Shown: positions 57,301 to 64,000 of the stretch, in pieces
Numbering within the stretch: the stretch's first letter is position 1
How the letters are laid out: each line of letters begins with the position of its first letter
NCBI GenBank assembly: GCA_964405665.1
Contig: CAYOOT010000004.1
Coordinates: 8,053-72,052, forward strand
Direction of reading: 5' to 3'
Origin: an uncultured Bdellovibrionales bacterium
GTDB taxonomy: Bacteria > Bdellovibrionota_C > UBA2361 > SZUA-149 > CAZDWZ01
Length of the DNA: 64,000 bases
Notes under the pieces: model-generated
The model's input: only the letters and a program-made list of their open reading frames with translations
What the model was told of the DNA's origin: nothing
Databases searched by the model: none
Program-made: the position numbers and the translations under genes

Positions 57301-57431
57301 CTGATTGTTTCGGGCTCTTACCTACTGCTTGCGTTGCAGTGCAAGCTCAAGATTGCGGATTACAGCAGTATGTATTGGAAACAAATAATCATGGCACGAT
57401 GGCTCCTCCACCTGATTATCGTGGTGAATAA
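54303..57431 (+). CDS. Large hypothetical protein (1042 aa): N-terminal coiled-coil, two TM helices (~aa 80-145), ~890-aa soluble domain of unknown function
   Basis: ORF; hydrophobic stretches VGLMVCASILIFSIGGYVAVALA and LAVAGLASIVGAAATPLIGA. No recognisable catalytic motifs. Confidence 0.45.
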   Translation: MYYLGFCKLIIAALIMTFYQNDPKTIEIKNAGKIPANLPAPAAEIEKAILQRNNQKKELVLENKNLQQQAEKYQWWECRMRVGLMVCASILIFSIGGYVAVALASKVVLGYLGTAALTTIGSKLAVAGLASIVGAAATPLIGATTRTILNVVENFSFFNSKSYSQAYLDSKDHFTKETLSKNQIAEDSISGLGAGAAGGIGKLFKPFQEVLAKSRSLYAVTSGGATASVSQGISSPLRQLYQRNELENNLIQECEENNIQGKAREELILEKIKERSLDLQGMSTTFTKDVTQAFLSGGIGGRFELSRLNGAQAASKFACLKVDVGDFVSASAIGLFRARWDTPEMNFDQLIDTTIQETGNNFKSVIQARYAVNPESARRRGERTIAKNLDQPTAVESPARVFDDTQTFRSQNADDFSVIATLTVITHYLNLIPSRYVRDPRTFLNQNEVQQINRIAAVKDCPYPEQSLRMLAMLEKAAEVYLVDHPPEMAVTQREIHISDIFGTMTHTISLAFLHLSAGDLSLGKNIRNVGDVPHLRKPLENAIALVAEVNTANGRKVIGCIHSHAYDTTPGNHIAVNQAQNKISGIHIDNITMLPPYDSRLLVKEWCQRIVTEIFSSPLNINTEITATVTRHTAYTTAFPIIFGELRKLRPDLNFVLEEVSHKGVIKIKIKPSIIFDYQPLIESLSLIPESSSRKRAIDSLLQSKNIPDSKTRRLLREAVTDSLITILENPNRWLIDMYLPDVKKLLPIMGDDIFKNPPLKEALKKSLVTAIKNLKGDAAWCIFQLMQVNEIEIDLELRNRIAKVTDQALKNAKSKRAQFNHSNVDLDNTLDFIEFDLAWCNLIRTIALGEERLAKNQISHLYIWVHPEYRDFGICDNEHHWQRTYKFLDELTENPQCALAVCSWLPQRDIASVRRRAKEEWFTKDKTERYLKFVEKQEEFYREAQKRLGNRFIFWPTGMIDLNNPSNHYYEVDYLGNIFNIDPRCFDNYNQPLLLQYADCFGLLPTACVAVQAQDCGLQQYVLETNNHGTMAPPPDYRGE

Positions 57432-57486
57432 ACTAAAATCGTATATTATAATTATAAAAAACTGAACCGCTTAATAAATTTTAACA

Positions 57487-57930
57487 ATGAAAAAAGAAGA
57501 CTTTTTAAATGCTTTTGTTCCTCCAGATGGTCCACCCCAAGGCTCAGGCCCTAGTAAAGAAATCTATCGGCTAATGGGCGAAGAAAATATTTACAAAATG
57601 CTGAGGGATTTTTATTCGGAACTGGAAAAATCCTCTATTCGCCCGATGTTTCCCGGAAATATGATGCTTGCTTCAGAAAAATCAGCAAAATTTTTTATTG
57701 GACTCTGTGGAGGCCCGCCTTTATATCAAGAGCTTTATGGTTCCCCTCGAATGCGCTCCCGGCATTTGCCTTTTAAAATTGATGAAGCTGCGAGAAACAC
57801 CTGGTTACAATGCTTTGAAACTATTTTAGAAAAAGCGGAAGAAAATTATAATTTCCCCAAAGAACATTTACAAGGATTTAAGGATTTTTTAAGAGATTTT
57901 TCTGCCTGGATGGTCAATACTCAATCTTAG
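57487..57930 (+). CDS. Truncated (2/2) hemoglobin, group II-like
   Basis: LRDFYSEL...F.IGLCGGPPLYQELYGSPRMRSRHLPFKIDEAARNTWLQCF matches trHb motifs including the proximal His in R-x-R-H-L-P-F. Confidence 0.65.
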   Translation: MKKEDFLNAFVPPDGPPQGSGPSKEIYRLMGEENIYKMLRDFYSELEKSSIRPMFPGNMMLASEKSAKFFIGLCGGPPLYQELYGSPRMRSRHLPFKIDEAARNTWLQCFETILEKAEENYNFPKEHLQGFKDFLRDFSAWMVNTQS

Positions 57931-57932
57931 TT

Positions 57933-58976
57933 TTAGATCGGAATCAATACTTGATATCGGCTAGAAAGTTCTTCTTGAACTTTGACTGCTTTTTTGCGGA
58001 TATTTGGATGAGAACAAAGAGCAAGCGCCATGCGCAAATCAAAACAAGAAGCAGCAGGTTCTTTATGGGTTGCTAAGTAATGAGAACGTTCTAAGTAAAG
58101 TAAAGCAAGAACCGGACGCAAAGTATCGAGGTAAAGGGCATGAGAACGCAGTTTATCAATTGCTTTATTTAAATTGTTTAAGCCTTCTTCTGCTTCACCG
58201 GTCCAAAGTTTAGTGGCGGCAAGCCCCGCTTCAGCTAACTCTGCTGCTTTTTCCCCGCAAAAATGGGTTTCTTCCTGCATTTCATCGACTACTTTTTTAA
58301 ATTGTTTTTTTGCTTTCCAAAGATCTTGATGTTCTTCCAATAAAAGCAAGCCTTCTTCCAGACAAATTATCGCTGTCTCACCGTGAGCTTCTTTGGCATT
58401 TTGTAAAAAATTTAAGGCTCCTGCGGGAGAATTCTCCGGAGAAAGCAAACGATTGAATTTTGCTCTTAGGGCAATTAGTTGTTCCTTGGGAGCTTTGTAA
58501 TTTTCTGCAAATTTAATTTCTCTCTCCGCCGCTAAAAAGCTTTCTGAAAGCATTAAAATCTCCGCTCGAAGGAGATGATAATACACCTCGGGACAACAAA
58601 AAAACTTAGAATTATAAGGAGATACTTGATCTAAAAGTAATAATGCTTTTTGATAAGCTCCGACAAGACTTAGTTGATAGGCTTTCCTAAAAGTATAAAT
58701 CGAGCGGCTTAAAATAAATTGATCAAGCAAAACTACCGTGAGACATGAAGCGAGCCAGGAAAAGAGCGAATACCAGTCTTTGGAAATACCAAAATTCCCC
58801 CAGGGGATAAACAACTGAAAAACTATATAAATACTAAAACAACTTGCTATTTCCACTCCAATTCGAAGTGGCTGGCTATTAAATGAAAGGTAGGTTAAAA
58901 AACTACTACATAAGTTTTTGTTATTAAATTTATAATTTATTATATTTTCTGACATAAAATTTATGGGCTTAGTCAT
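57933..58976 (-). CDS. Membrane-anchored TPR-like repeat protein
   Basis: Two N-terminal hydrophobic segments, then alpha-helical repeats (LLLDQVSPYNSKFFCCPEVYYHLLRAEIL...). Confidence 0.4.
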   Translation of the reverse strand: MTKPINFMSENIINYKFNNKNLCSSFLTYLSFNSQPLRIGVEIASCFSIYIVFQLFIPWGNFGISKDWYSLFSWLASCLTVVLLDQFILSRSIYTFRKAYQLSLVGAYQKALLLLDQVSPYNSKFFCCPEVYYHLLRAEILMLSESFLAAEREIKFAENYKAPKEQLIALRAKFNRLLSPENSPAGALNFLQNAKEAHGETAIICLEEGLLLLEEHQDLWKAKKQFKKVVDEMQEETHFCGEKAAELAEAGLAATKLWTGEAEEGLNNLNKAIDKLRSHALYLDTLRPVLALLYLERSHYLATHKEPAASCFDLRMALALCSHPNIRKKAVKVQEELSSRYQVLIPI

Positions 58977-59021
58977 TATATCGACTAAGTTTTTAGATTT
59001 AATGAGCTTTTATTATGCTTT

Positions 59022-59873
59022 ATGAAAACAGAATGGGATAAATTAGCTTACCCCAGGCTTTGTGGATTACTTGCGGAAAATCCCAGTCGCTTAGGACAAG
59101 CGATGCATAATGCTGGTTTCAAATCGCTAGAATTACCTTTTGTTTACGTGGCTTTTCCTACAAAAAACCCAGAAACAGCTTTTAAAAGCATGAAAGACAT
59201 GGGTCTGAGAGGCTTTAGTATTACCATCCCCTATAAAGAAACTTGTCTTAGTCTGGTTGATGAATTGGATTCCAATGCCCAAAAAATTGCGGCAATCAAT
59301 ACAGCAATCAATGATGGTTCAAAAATAGTTGGCTACAATACCGATTATTTGGGAATTATCGAGGCCTTCAAGGAACAAAATATTAGTACTCTCCAGGGAA
59401 AAACTGTTCTCATTATCGGTGCCGGAGGTGCAGCCAATGCCGGAATTTTTGCTTTCCAACTATTGAGGGCGGAAAGAATCATCGTTAGCAATAGAAATCC
59501 GGAAAGAGCAAAAAATTTAGCAAAACAATTTGGAATTGAAAGTTGCACTTTTGAAGGGATCTCTTCTTTAAAAGGCTCCAAGATTGATATTGTTGTAAAT
59601 TCAACTCCAATCGGCTCTCATCTTCAACCCTTAAGTATCCACTTAGAAAATATGCTTTCTCCTCTACTTTCCAAAGATATTTTAGTGTTTGATATGGCAA
59701 CTCGCGAAACTAATTTAATACAAATTGCCAAGAAAAAAGGCTGTCAAACCATTTTAGGAACTAGAATGCTAATTTATCAGGCTGTAGAACAATTTCATTT
59801 ATTTACAGAACAGCAAATCGCTAGCTCAGTATTGGAGCAAGCTTTGCAGACAGAATTAAATAAAAAATTGTAA
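59022..59873 (+). CDS. aroE: Shikimate dehydrogenase
   Basis: SITIPYKE substrate motif, GAGGAANAG NADP-binding glycine-rich loop, 283 aa. Confidence 0.8.
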   Translation: MKTEWDKLAYPRLCGLLAENPSRLGQAMHNAGFKSLELPFVYVAFPTKNPETAFKSMKDMGLRGFSITIPYKETCLSLVDELDSNAQKIAAINTAINDGSKIVGYNTDYLGIIEAFKEQNISTLQGKTVLIIGAGGAANAGIFAFQLLRAERIIVSNRNPERAKNLAKQFGIESCTFEGISSLKGSKIDIVVNSTPIGSHLQPLSIHLENMLSPLLSKDILVFDMATRETNLIQIAKKKGCQTILGTRMLIYQAVEQFHLFTEQQIASSVLEQALQTELNKKL

Positions 59874-59888
59874 ATTTTGTGTAGGGGC

Positions 59889-59955
59889 AGCCTTTATGGC
59901 TGCCCGTTTTAGCACAATATTCGGTAATTCCGGGCAGGCATAAAACCTGCCCCTA
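59889..59955. repeat. Palindromic MITE-like element, family A, divergent copy (GTAGGGGCAGCCTTTATGGCTGCCCG ... CCGGGCAGGCATAAAACCTGCCCCTAC)
   Basis: Terminal inverted repeats with compensatory changes relative to other copies. Lies between convergent aroE and the polyprenyl synthase gene. Confidence 0.7.
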
Positions 59956-59977
59956 CATTAATAATTTCAGATCCTAA

Positions 59978-60817
59978 TTAGGATTTTCTATACCGAATTA
60001 ACTTGGCCAGTTCCTTTAATTGCTCTCCCCTACTTTCAAATACTTTTAGGCTATTTTCACAAGCTAATAACAACTGATCAGCAAGTGCTTCCACCTCATT
60101 TTGCTTGAAAAAACTCATATAATTGGGGCCTTCTTTATCCTTATCTTGCACACCATCAATCAAGTCGTCTGTTACTTGAAAAAGCAATCCCAAGTTCTGA
60201 CCATATTGCTTTAAGGATTGATAAAATTTCTCTTGAGAATTTTCTTCCAAAAGATAAAGCGGTCCTAAGACTGAAGCTGTAATTAAAGCTGCTGTTTTTT
60301 GTAAATCCAGATTTTCTAATTGATCTTTTTGATTAGCATAGGATTTAAAATTCAAATCCATCATCTGACCATCACAGAGAGAAACTGTAGCCTGGGATAC
60401 TAATTTAACCCAGGCAGATTGGGCCATGAAATCAATTTTTGAGTCTGAGGTTAAAAGATCAAAAGCTTTGGCAATTAAAAAATCCCCTGTAATTATTGCC
60501 GTAGCCTCACTAAATTTTTTATGACAGCTCAACTGTCCCCGGCGATAATCATCATTATCCAGAGCTGGCAAATCGTCATGGATTAAGGATGCGGTGTGAA
60601 TCAGCTCCAGAGCAAGACAAAAACTCTTAAGCTGCTCCTTTTCCAATTGCAGCATTTCCGCTGTCAGCAGACTTAAAATGGGCCTGATTCTTTTAGCCGC
60701 ACTCAGCAAGCTATAAGAGCTCGCCTCCTGTAGGGAGTTTTCTAAATTAAAATTGGCAACTTCATTCTCTAGCCAAGAATCAACTAACAAAGCTAACTCT
60801 TTGATTTTATTAATCAT
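59978..60817 (-). CDS. Polyprenyl diphosphate synthase (IspA/GGPP synthase family)
   Basis: First Asp-rich motif LIHDDLPALDNDDYRRG and second motif FQVTDDLID. Confidence 0.8.
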   Translation of the reverse strand: MINKIKELALLVDSWLENEVANFNLENSLQEASSYSLLSAAKRIRPILSLLTAEMLQLEKEQLKSFCLALELIHTASLIHDDLPALDNDDYRRGQLSCHKKFSEATAIITGDFLIAKAFDLLTSDSKIDFMAQSAWVKLVSQATVSLCDGQMMDLNFKSYANQKDQLENLDLQKTAALITASVLGPLYLLEENSQEKFYQSLKQYGQNLGLLFQVTDDLIDGVQDKDKEGPNYMSFFKQNEVEALADQLLLACENSLKVFESRGEQLKELAKLIRYRKS

Positions 60818-60823
60818 TTTAAC

Positions 60824-61729
60824 CTAGTGATTTACTAATCTTTTGTGCATTTCTCCTAGGTCGGCGGGACTATAAAACTCAAGGATCAATTTGCCCTGCC
60901 CTTTTTTACTGGAATTTCTTTGCAGTTGAATCTTTGTTCCTAAAGCTCGTTGAATTTCATCAACTAGTCTTTTGTCTTCTGGACTAAGTTTTTTGTTATT
61001 GGGACTGATCCGGGTTTTGGCAACTGTCCCACTGTGGGACACACCAGCAGAGTCATCCTCACCTAGAAGCTCCTTAATTTTAACTTCTAAAGCATTGCGA
61101 GAATAGTCTTCTAGTTTTTCTAGTAAGTCTTTTCTCAATGCACGATCTTCAATTTTAGCTAAAAGCAAAATTTTTGTTTCTGCAGCTCCGCTGAGTAAAG
61201 CTGCTTGCAGGTCATCAGGTAAATCCAAGAGATCAAAACTGCGCTGCACCAAACTCTTGGATGTTCCTAGCTTTCTGGCAATTTCACGTACACTCCAAGA
61301 ATAGCGATCTCGAAGCTGCCCTACGGCAGTTGCTCTTTCAAAAGGACTTAAATCTTGTCTTTGAATATTTTCTACAAGTTGTTTAGCTAAAGTGTTTTTT
61401 TCTTCATTGTCTTCAACATCAATAATCGCTGGTATTGTATCTAGCCCTAAAAGCCGACAAGCCCGCAGCCTTCTTTCTCCAGCTATAACTCTGTATGTCC
61501 CTCCAGCAGTTACCCGAACTAAAATTGGATTTAAAACACCATATTCTTTAATTGAGGCAGCTAGTTCTGCTAAGGCTTCGGTATCAAAGGAGCGGCGAGG
61601 TTGATCGGGGTCAACATCTACCTCAGACAAGGAGATTACCCGGTAAGGACTTCCCGCCTTCGTTCTTGCTTCCAAACTAGGGCCGGCCAAGAGTGGATTA
61701 ATCTCAAATTTCAAATTTTTACGCGCCAT
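60824..61729 (-). CDS. parB: ParB/Spo0J-family partition protein
   Basis: ParB box GERRLRACRLLGLDTIPAII, HTH VREIARKLGTSKSLVQRS. Overlaps parA by 11 nt. Confidence 0.85.
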   Translation of the reverse strand: MARKNLKFEINPLLAGPSLEARTKAGSPYRVISLSEVDVDPDQPRRSFDTEALAELAASIKEYGVLNPILVRVTAGGTYRVIAGERRLRACRLLGLDTIPAIIDVEDNEEKNTLAKQLVENIQRQDLSPFERATAVGQLRDRYSWSVREIARKLGTSKSLVQRSFDLLDLPDDLQAALLSGAAETKILLLAKIEDRALRKDLLEKLEDYSRNALEVKIKELLGEDDSAGVSHSGTVAKTRISPNNKKLSPEDKRLVDEIQRALGTKIQLQRNSSKKGQGKLILEFYSPADLGEMHKRLVNH

Positions 61730-62552
61730 TTAAAATCTCCTTCGCTAAATTTAAATAATCCTCTGCACCAAAAGATTTGTTATCGTATTTAAAAATAGAA
61801 ACTCCTTGAGCAGGAGCTTCAGCCAGAGCAACATTAGTTCTGACTATTGTTTTAAAAACCAAATCTCCAAAATACTCTCTTACTGTATCAGCCACACTAC
61901 GGGCTAAGCGTCTTCTAGCATCATGAAGACAAAGCAAAACTCCACCTACAGATAACGCTGGATTATAAGCACTGCGCACTTGATCAATTGTATCTAAGAG
62001 CTGCCTTACACCATGTAGTGCTAAAAATTCACTTTGTACAGGAACAATTACTTTAGTTGAAGCAACCAAACCATTTAAGGAAAGAAGTCCAAGAGATGGT
62101 GGGCAATCAATTATAATAAAATCATAATCATCAATTACTTCCTGCAAAGCTTTCCTCATCAACTGTTCCCGACCAATCATTCCTCCTAGTTCTAGATCTG
62201 CGGCGCTAAGCAATAAACCAGCTGGTGCTAAAGAAAGATTATCTTCTATCGGGACAATGATATTTTTCATTTTCTCCCCATAGCGTAGGACATCATACAT
62301 TGTGGGAGAACTGCCCTGCTCATCATTAGGATAACCCATATGGGCAGATAAATTTGCTTGAGCATCGGTATCGACAAGCAAAACTTTTTTTCCTAAATAA
62401 GCTAGGCCCGCTCCTAGATTAGCAGAAGTAGTGGTTTTCCCTACTCCGCCCTTTTGATTTACTACGGCAAATACTTTATGTTTCACTAGATATTGGCTAA
62501 ATTTTGAAGGATTAATAAGTAAAAAATATTGCTTTTCAATAGCATACTGCAA
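61719..62552 (-). CDS. parA: ParA/Soj-family partition ATPase
   Basis: Deviant Walker A NQKGGVGKTTTSANLG. True start may be the internal GTG (VKHKVFAV...), which gives a typical ~255-aa ParA. Confidence 0.85.
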   Translation of the reverse strand: MQYAIEKQYFLLINPSKFSQYLVKHKVFAVVNQKGGVGKTTTSANLGAGLAYLGKKVLLVDTDAQANLSAHMGYPNDEQGSSPTMYDVLRYGEKMKNIIVPIEDNLSLAPAGLLLSAADLELGGMIGREQLMRKALQEVIDDYDFIIIDCPPSLGLLSLNGLVASTKVIVPVQSEFLALHGVRQLLDTIDQVRSAYNPALSVGGVLLCLHDARRRLARSVADTVREYFGDLVFKTIVRTNVALAEAPAQGVSIFKYDNKSFGAEDYLNLAKEILNGA

Positions 62553-62699
62553 TTTTAATTACGAGAAGAAGTCCCAATTATCACTAAAATTTAGTTTAAG
62601 TTAGATAAAGTTTCTAATATTTTTGCAGATTAGCACTAGATCTACCAAAAAAACCTTTATATAAATTAATTAGTTAGCCCAATGCACGATTCTTGGTTG

Positions 62700-63020
62700 G
62701 CAATCATAGTGAAATGAACTAAATTAGCTATAGTGTTTTGAAATAAGTATCTCTTTCGTGCTTTGAAATAAGCAGATTGCAGGATCAAATTCTTTACTTA
62801 ATATAGCTGGAGACTCAAAACTATAGTGTTTTGAAATAATAAAGGTTTCTTATCGTGAAACAAGATAAGAAAGGTATTTTCCAACTAAGAACTATAGTGC
62901 TTTTAGTTAAGTCTATCGTGCTTAAGCTTAAGCAATACCGGGTAACAAAATAAGTGCTCAAGTGTTTTGAGATAAAGGGTATCGTGTTCTGAGTCAAATT
63001 ATATCGTGTTTTGAAAGAAA
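62700..63020. repeat. Iteron array: ~9-10 direct copies of an 18-19-bp motif (consensus approx. ATMGTGTTTTGAAATAAG), followed by an AT-rich stretch; plasmid-type origin (oriV-like)
   Basis: Read directly: ATAGTGTTTTGAAATAAG (62729), TCGTGCTTTGAAATAAG, ATAGTGTTTTGAAATAAT, ATCGTGAAACAAGATAAG, ATAGTGCTTTTAGTTAAG, ATCGTGCTTAAGCTTAAG, CAAGTGTTTTGAGATAAAG, ATCGTGTTCTGAGTCAAAT, ATCGTGTTTTGAAAGAAAT. Located between parA and a rep-like gene. Confidence 0.6.
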
Positions 63021-63189
63021 TTTTACGGCTTAAGTATCTATTTTTATTGCTATTTTTTCCTCTGTACTCATATACTTAGATATAAAACTTTTGTTGTTAA
63101 AACTAATAGTACCTTGTAATAAAATAATCAAACGAAAGTTGATATTTTAAGTAAATTAAAGTTGAATAGAGAAAAGCAAAATAGGATCG

Positions 63190-64000
63190 ATGCCGGAACT
63201 TAGAGAAAAAAATTTTCAAGAACAAGAGAAGCCTTTAAACGCAGCGCTCTTAGAACGGGATAAAATCCCAATGTTTTCTCCTGCCAAAACATCAGGCAGC
63301 GTAAACTTTGGTTTTTCTCGCGATGAAATGAATTTGGCAGAGTTTCCGCTTACAGTGCTCTCAACGAGATCCGATCCTAAAATTAAAACTCTGGAATTCT
63401 CTGATCAGCTAAGAAACAAAGATGGAGAGTTGATTGAAAGAAAATGGATTATCACCGGCGCCGATAAATTCGGGCTTCCTACTGCAACAGATGATGATGT
63501 TATTTTGGGGCTGATTCGCCTGAGTATGGACGAAGGTTTTCGCGACCGTAAAATATACTTTACACGTTATGAATTGCTAAAAGCCTTGCAGTGGACCACC
63601 GAAGGAAGAAATTATGGGCGATTGACTAAAAGCTTAGATCGCCTCAGCGGAGTGAGAATTCGTGCCACCAATTCCTTTTATGATAATAGCTCCAAGTCTT
63701 ATCAAACCTGCAATTTTGGCATTATCGATGCTTATGAAATCAACGATAATCGCGGGAAGAAAGAAGGAGAAAATTCCGGAAGTTTTTTCATCTGGAGCGA
63801 GATGATCTTTGATTCTTTTAAATCCGGCTTTATTAAAAAAATAGATTTGGATCTTTATTTTTCCTTAAATAGTGCCGTGAGCAGGCGTTTATATCGTTAT
63901 TTGGATAAACATTTTTATTATCGCTCGGTGATTGAAAAGCCATTGATGGAATTTGCTTTTGAAAAATTGGGACTTTCTCGCACGTATCGCTATGTTTCTT
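63190..64000 (+). CDS. Plasmid-type replication initiator protein (RepA/RPA-like), 5' part; gene continues beyond window end
   Basis: Manual translation from ATG 63190: MPELREKNFQ...NLAEFPLTVLSTRSDPKIKTLEFS... with no stop to position 64000. The N-terminal NLAEFPL motif and position downstream of iterons suggest a Rep initiator. Confidence 0.5.
   Translation, partial: MPELREKNFQEQEKPLNAALLERDKIPMFSPAKTSGSVNFGFSRDEMNLAEFPLTVLSTRSDPKIKTLEFSDQLRNKDGELIERKWIITGADKFGLPTATDDDVILGLIRLSMDEGFRDRKIYFTRYELLKALQWTTEGRNYGRLTKSLDRLSGVRIRATNSFYDNSSKSYQTCNFGIIDAYEINDNRGKKEGENSGSFFIWSEMIFDSFKSGFIKKIDLDLYFSLNSAVSRRLYRYLDKHFYYRSVIEKPLMEFAFEKLGLSRTYRYVS

Noticed and set aside
62700-63020. Possible CRISPR array (short direct repeats)
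   Set aside because: Repeats are ~18 bp with irregular 4-25-bp spacing and degenerate copies. They sit between parA and a rep-like gene and there are no cas genes. This fits iterons, not CRISPR.

Overview
The window is low-GC (~35%), gene-dense DNA from a Gram-negative (diderm) bacterium. The diderm call rests on a ydbH-ynbE-ydbL envelope operon, lipoproteins and periplasmic binding proteins. I cannot assign taxonomy; the content is reminiscent of Proteobacteria, possibly host-associated (Rickettsiales- or Legionellales-like), but that is a guess. Ordinary genes include a sugar-acid catabolic cluster (periplasmic binding protein, IlvD/EDD-family dehydratase of the YjhG/YagF xylonate-dehydratase type, FAH-family hydratase, SDR), a sigma-54 enhancer-binding response regulator, galU, and a glycan-modification cluster (RmlD-like, GT2, PseB/CapD-like dehydratase, sugar C-methyltransferase). 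Also present are DJ-1/PfpI, methyltransferases, toxin-antitoxin genes, bactofilin, rplS, cinA, an APH/ChoK-like kinase, SYLF-domain lipoprotein, PLD/cardiolipin synthase, msrA, truncated hemoglobin, aroE and a polyprenyl synthase. I found no rRNA, tRNA, CRISPR array or transposase. Eight items stand out. (1) A tandem array of five paralogous small membrane proteins with the hallmarks of VirB2/TrbC T-pilins (signal peptide cleaved AxA|Q, Gly-rich N-terminus, two TM helices), with no other type IV secretion genes in the window. (2) A 1881-aa single-chain AddB::AddA-like helicase-nuclease fusion whose AddA-like half lacks a nuclease domain. (3) A seven-gene minus-strand operon of unknown function: an actin/Hsp70-fold (ASKHA) ATPase, an uncharacterised 375-aa protein, and five membrane or small proteins. 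(4) At least four families of palindromic MITE-like elements, some nested. Two families have termini (TAATTCTCCCC, GTAGGGGC) that supply the stop codons of the flanking genes, sometimes for both convergent genes at once. (5) A plasmid-type replication/partition module at the 3' end (parB-parA, an array of ~18-bp iterons, a partial Rep initiator gene). This suggests the window lies on a plasmid, chromid or integrated plasmid. (6) A pair of paralogous ~10%-cysteine proteins bracketing msrA. (7) Two overlapping small Cys-rich membrane peptides. (8) A frameshifted HAD-like gene. All coordinates are from manual reading; exact starts are approximate. The ORF track sometimes uses TTG/GTG starts.
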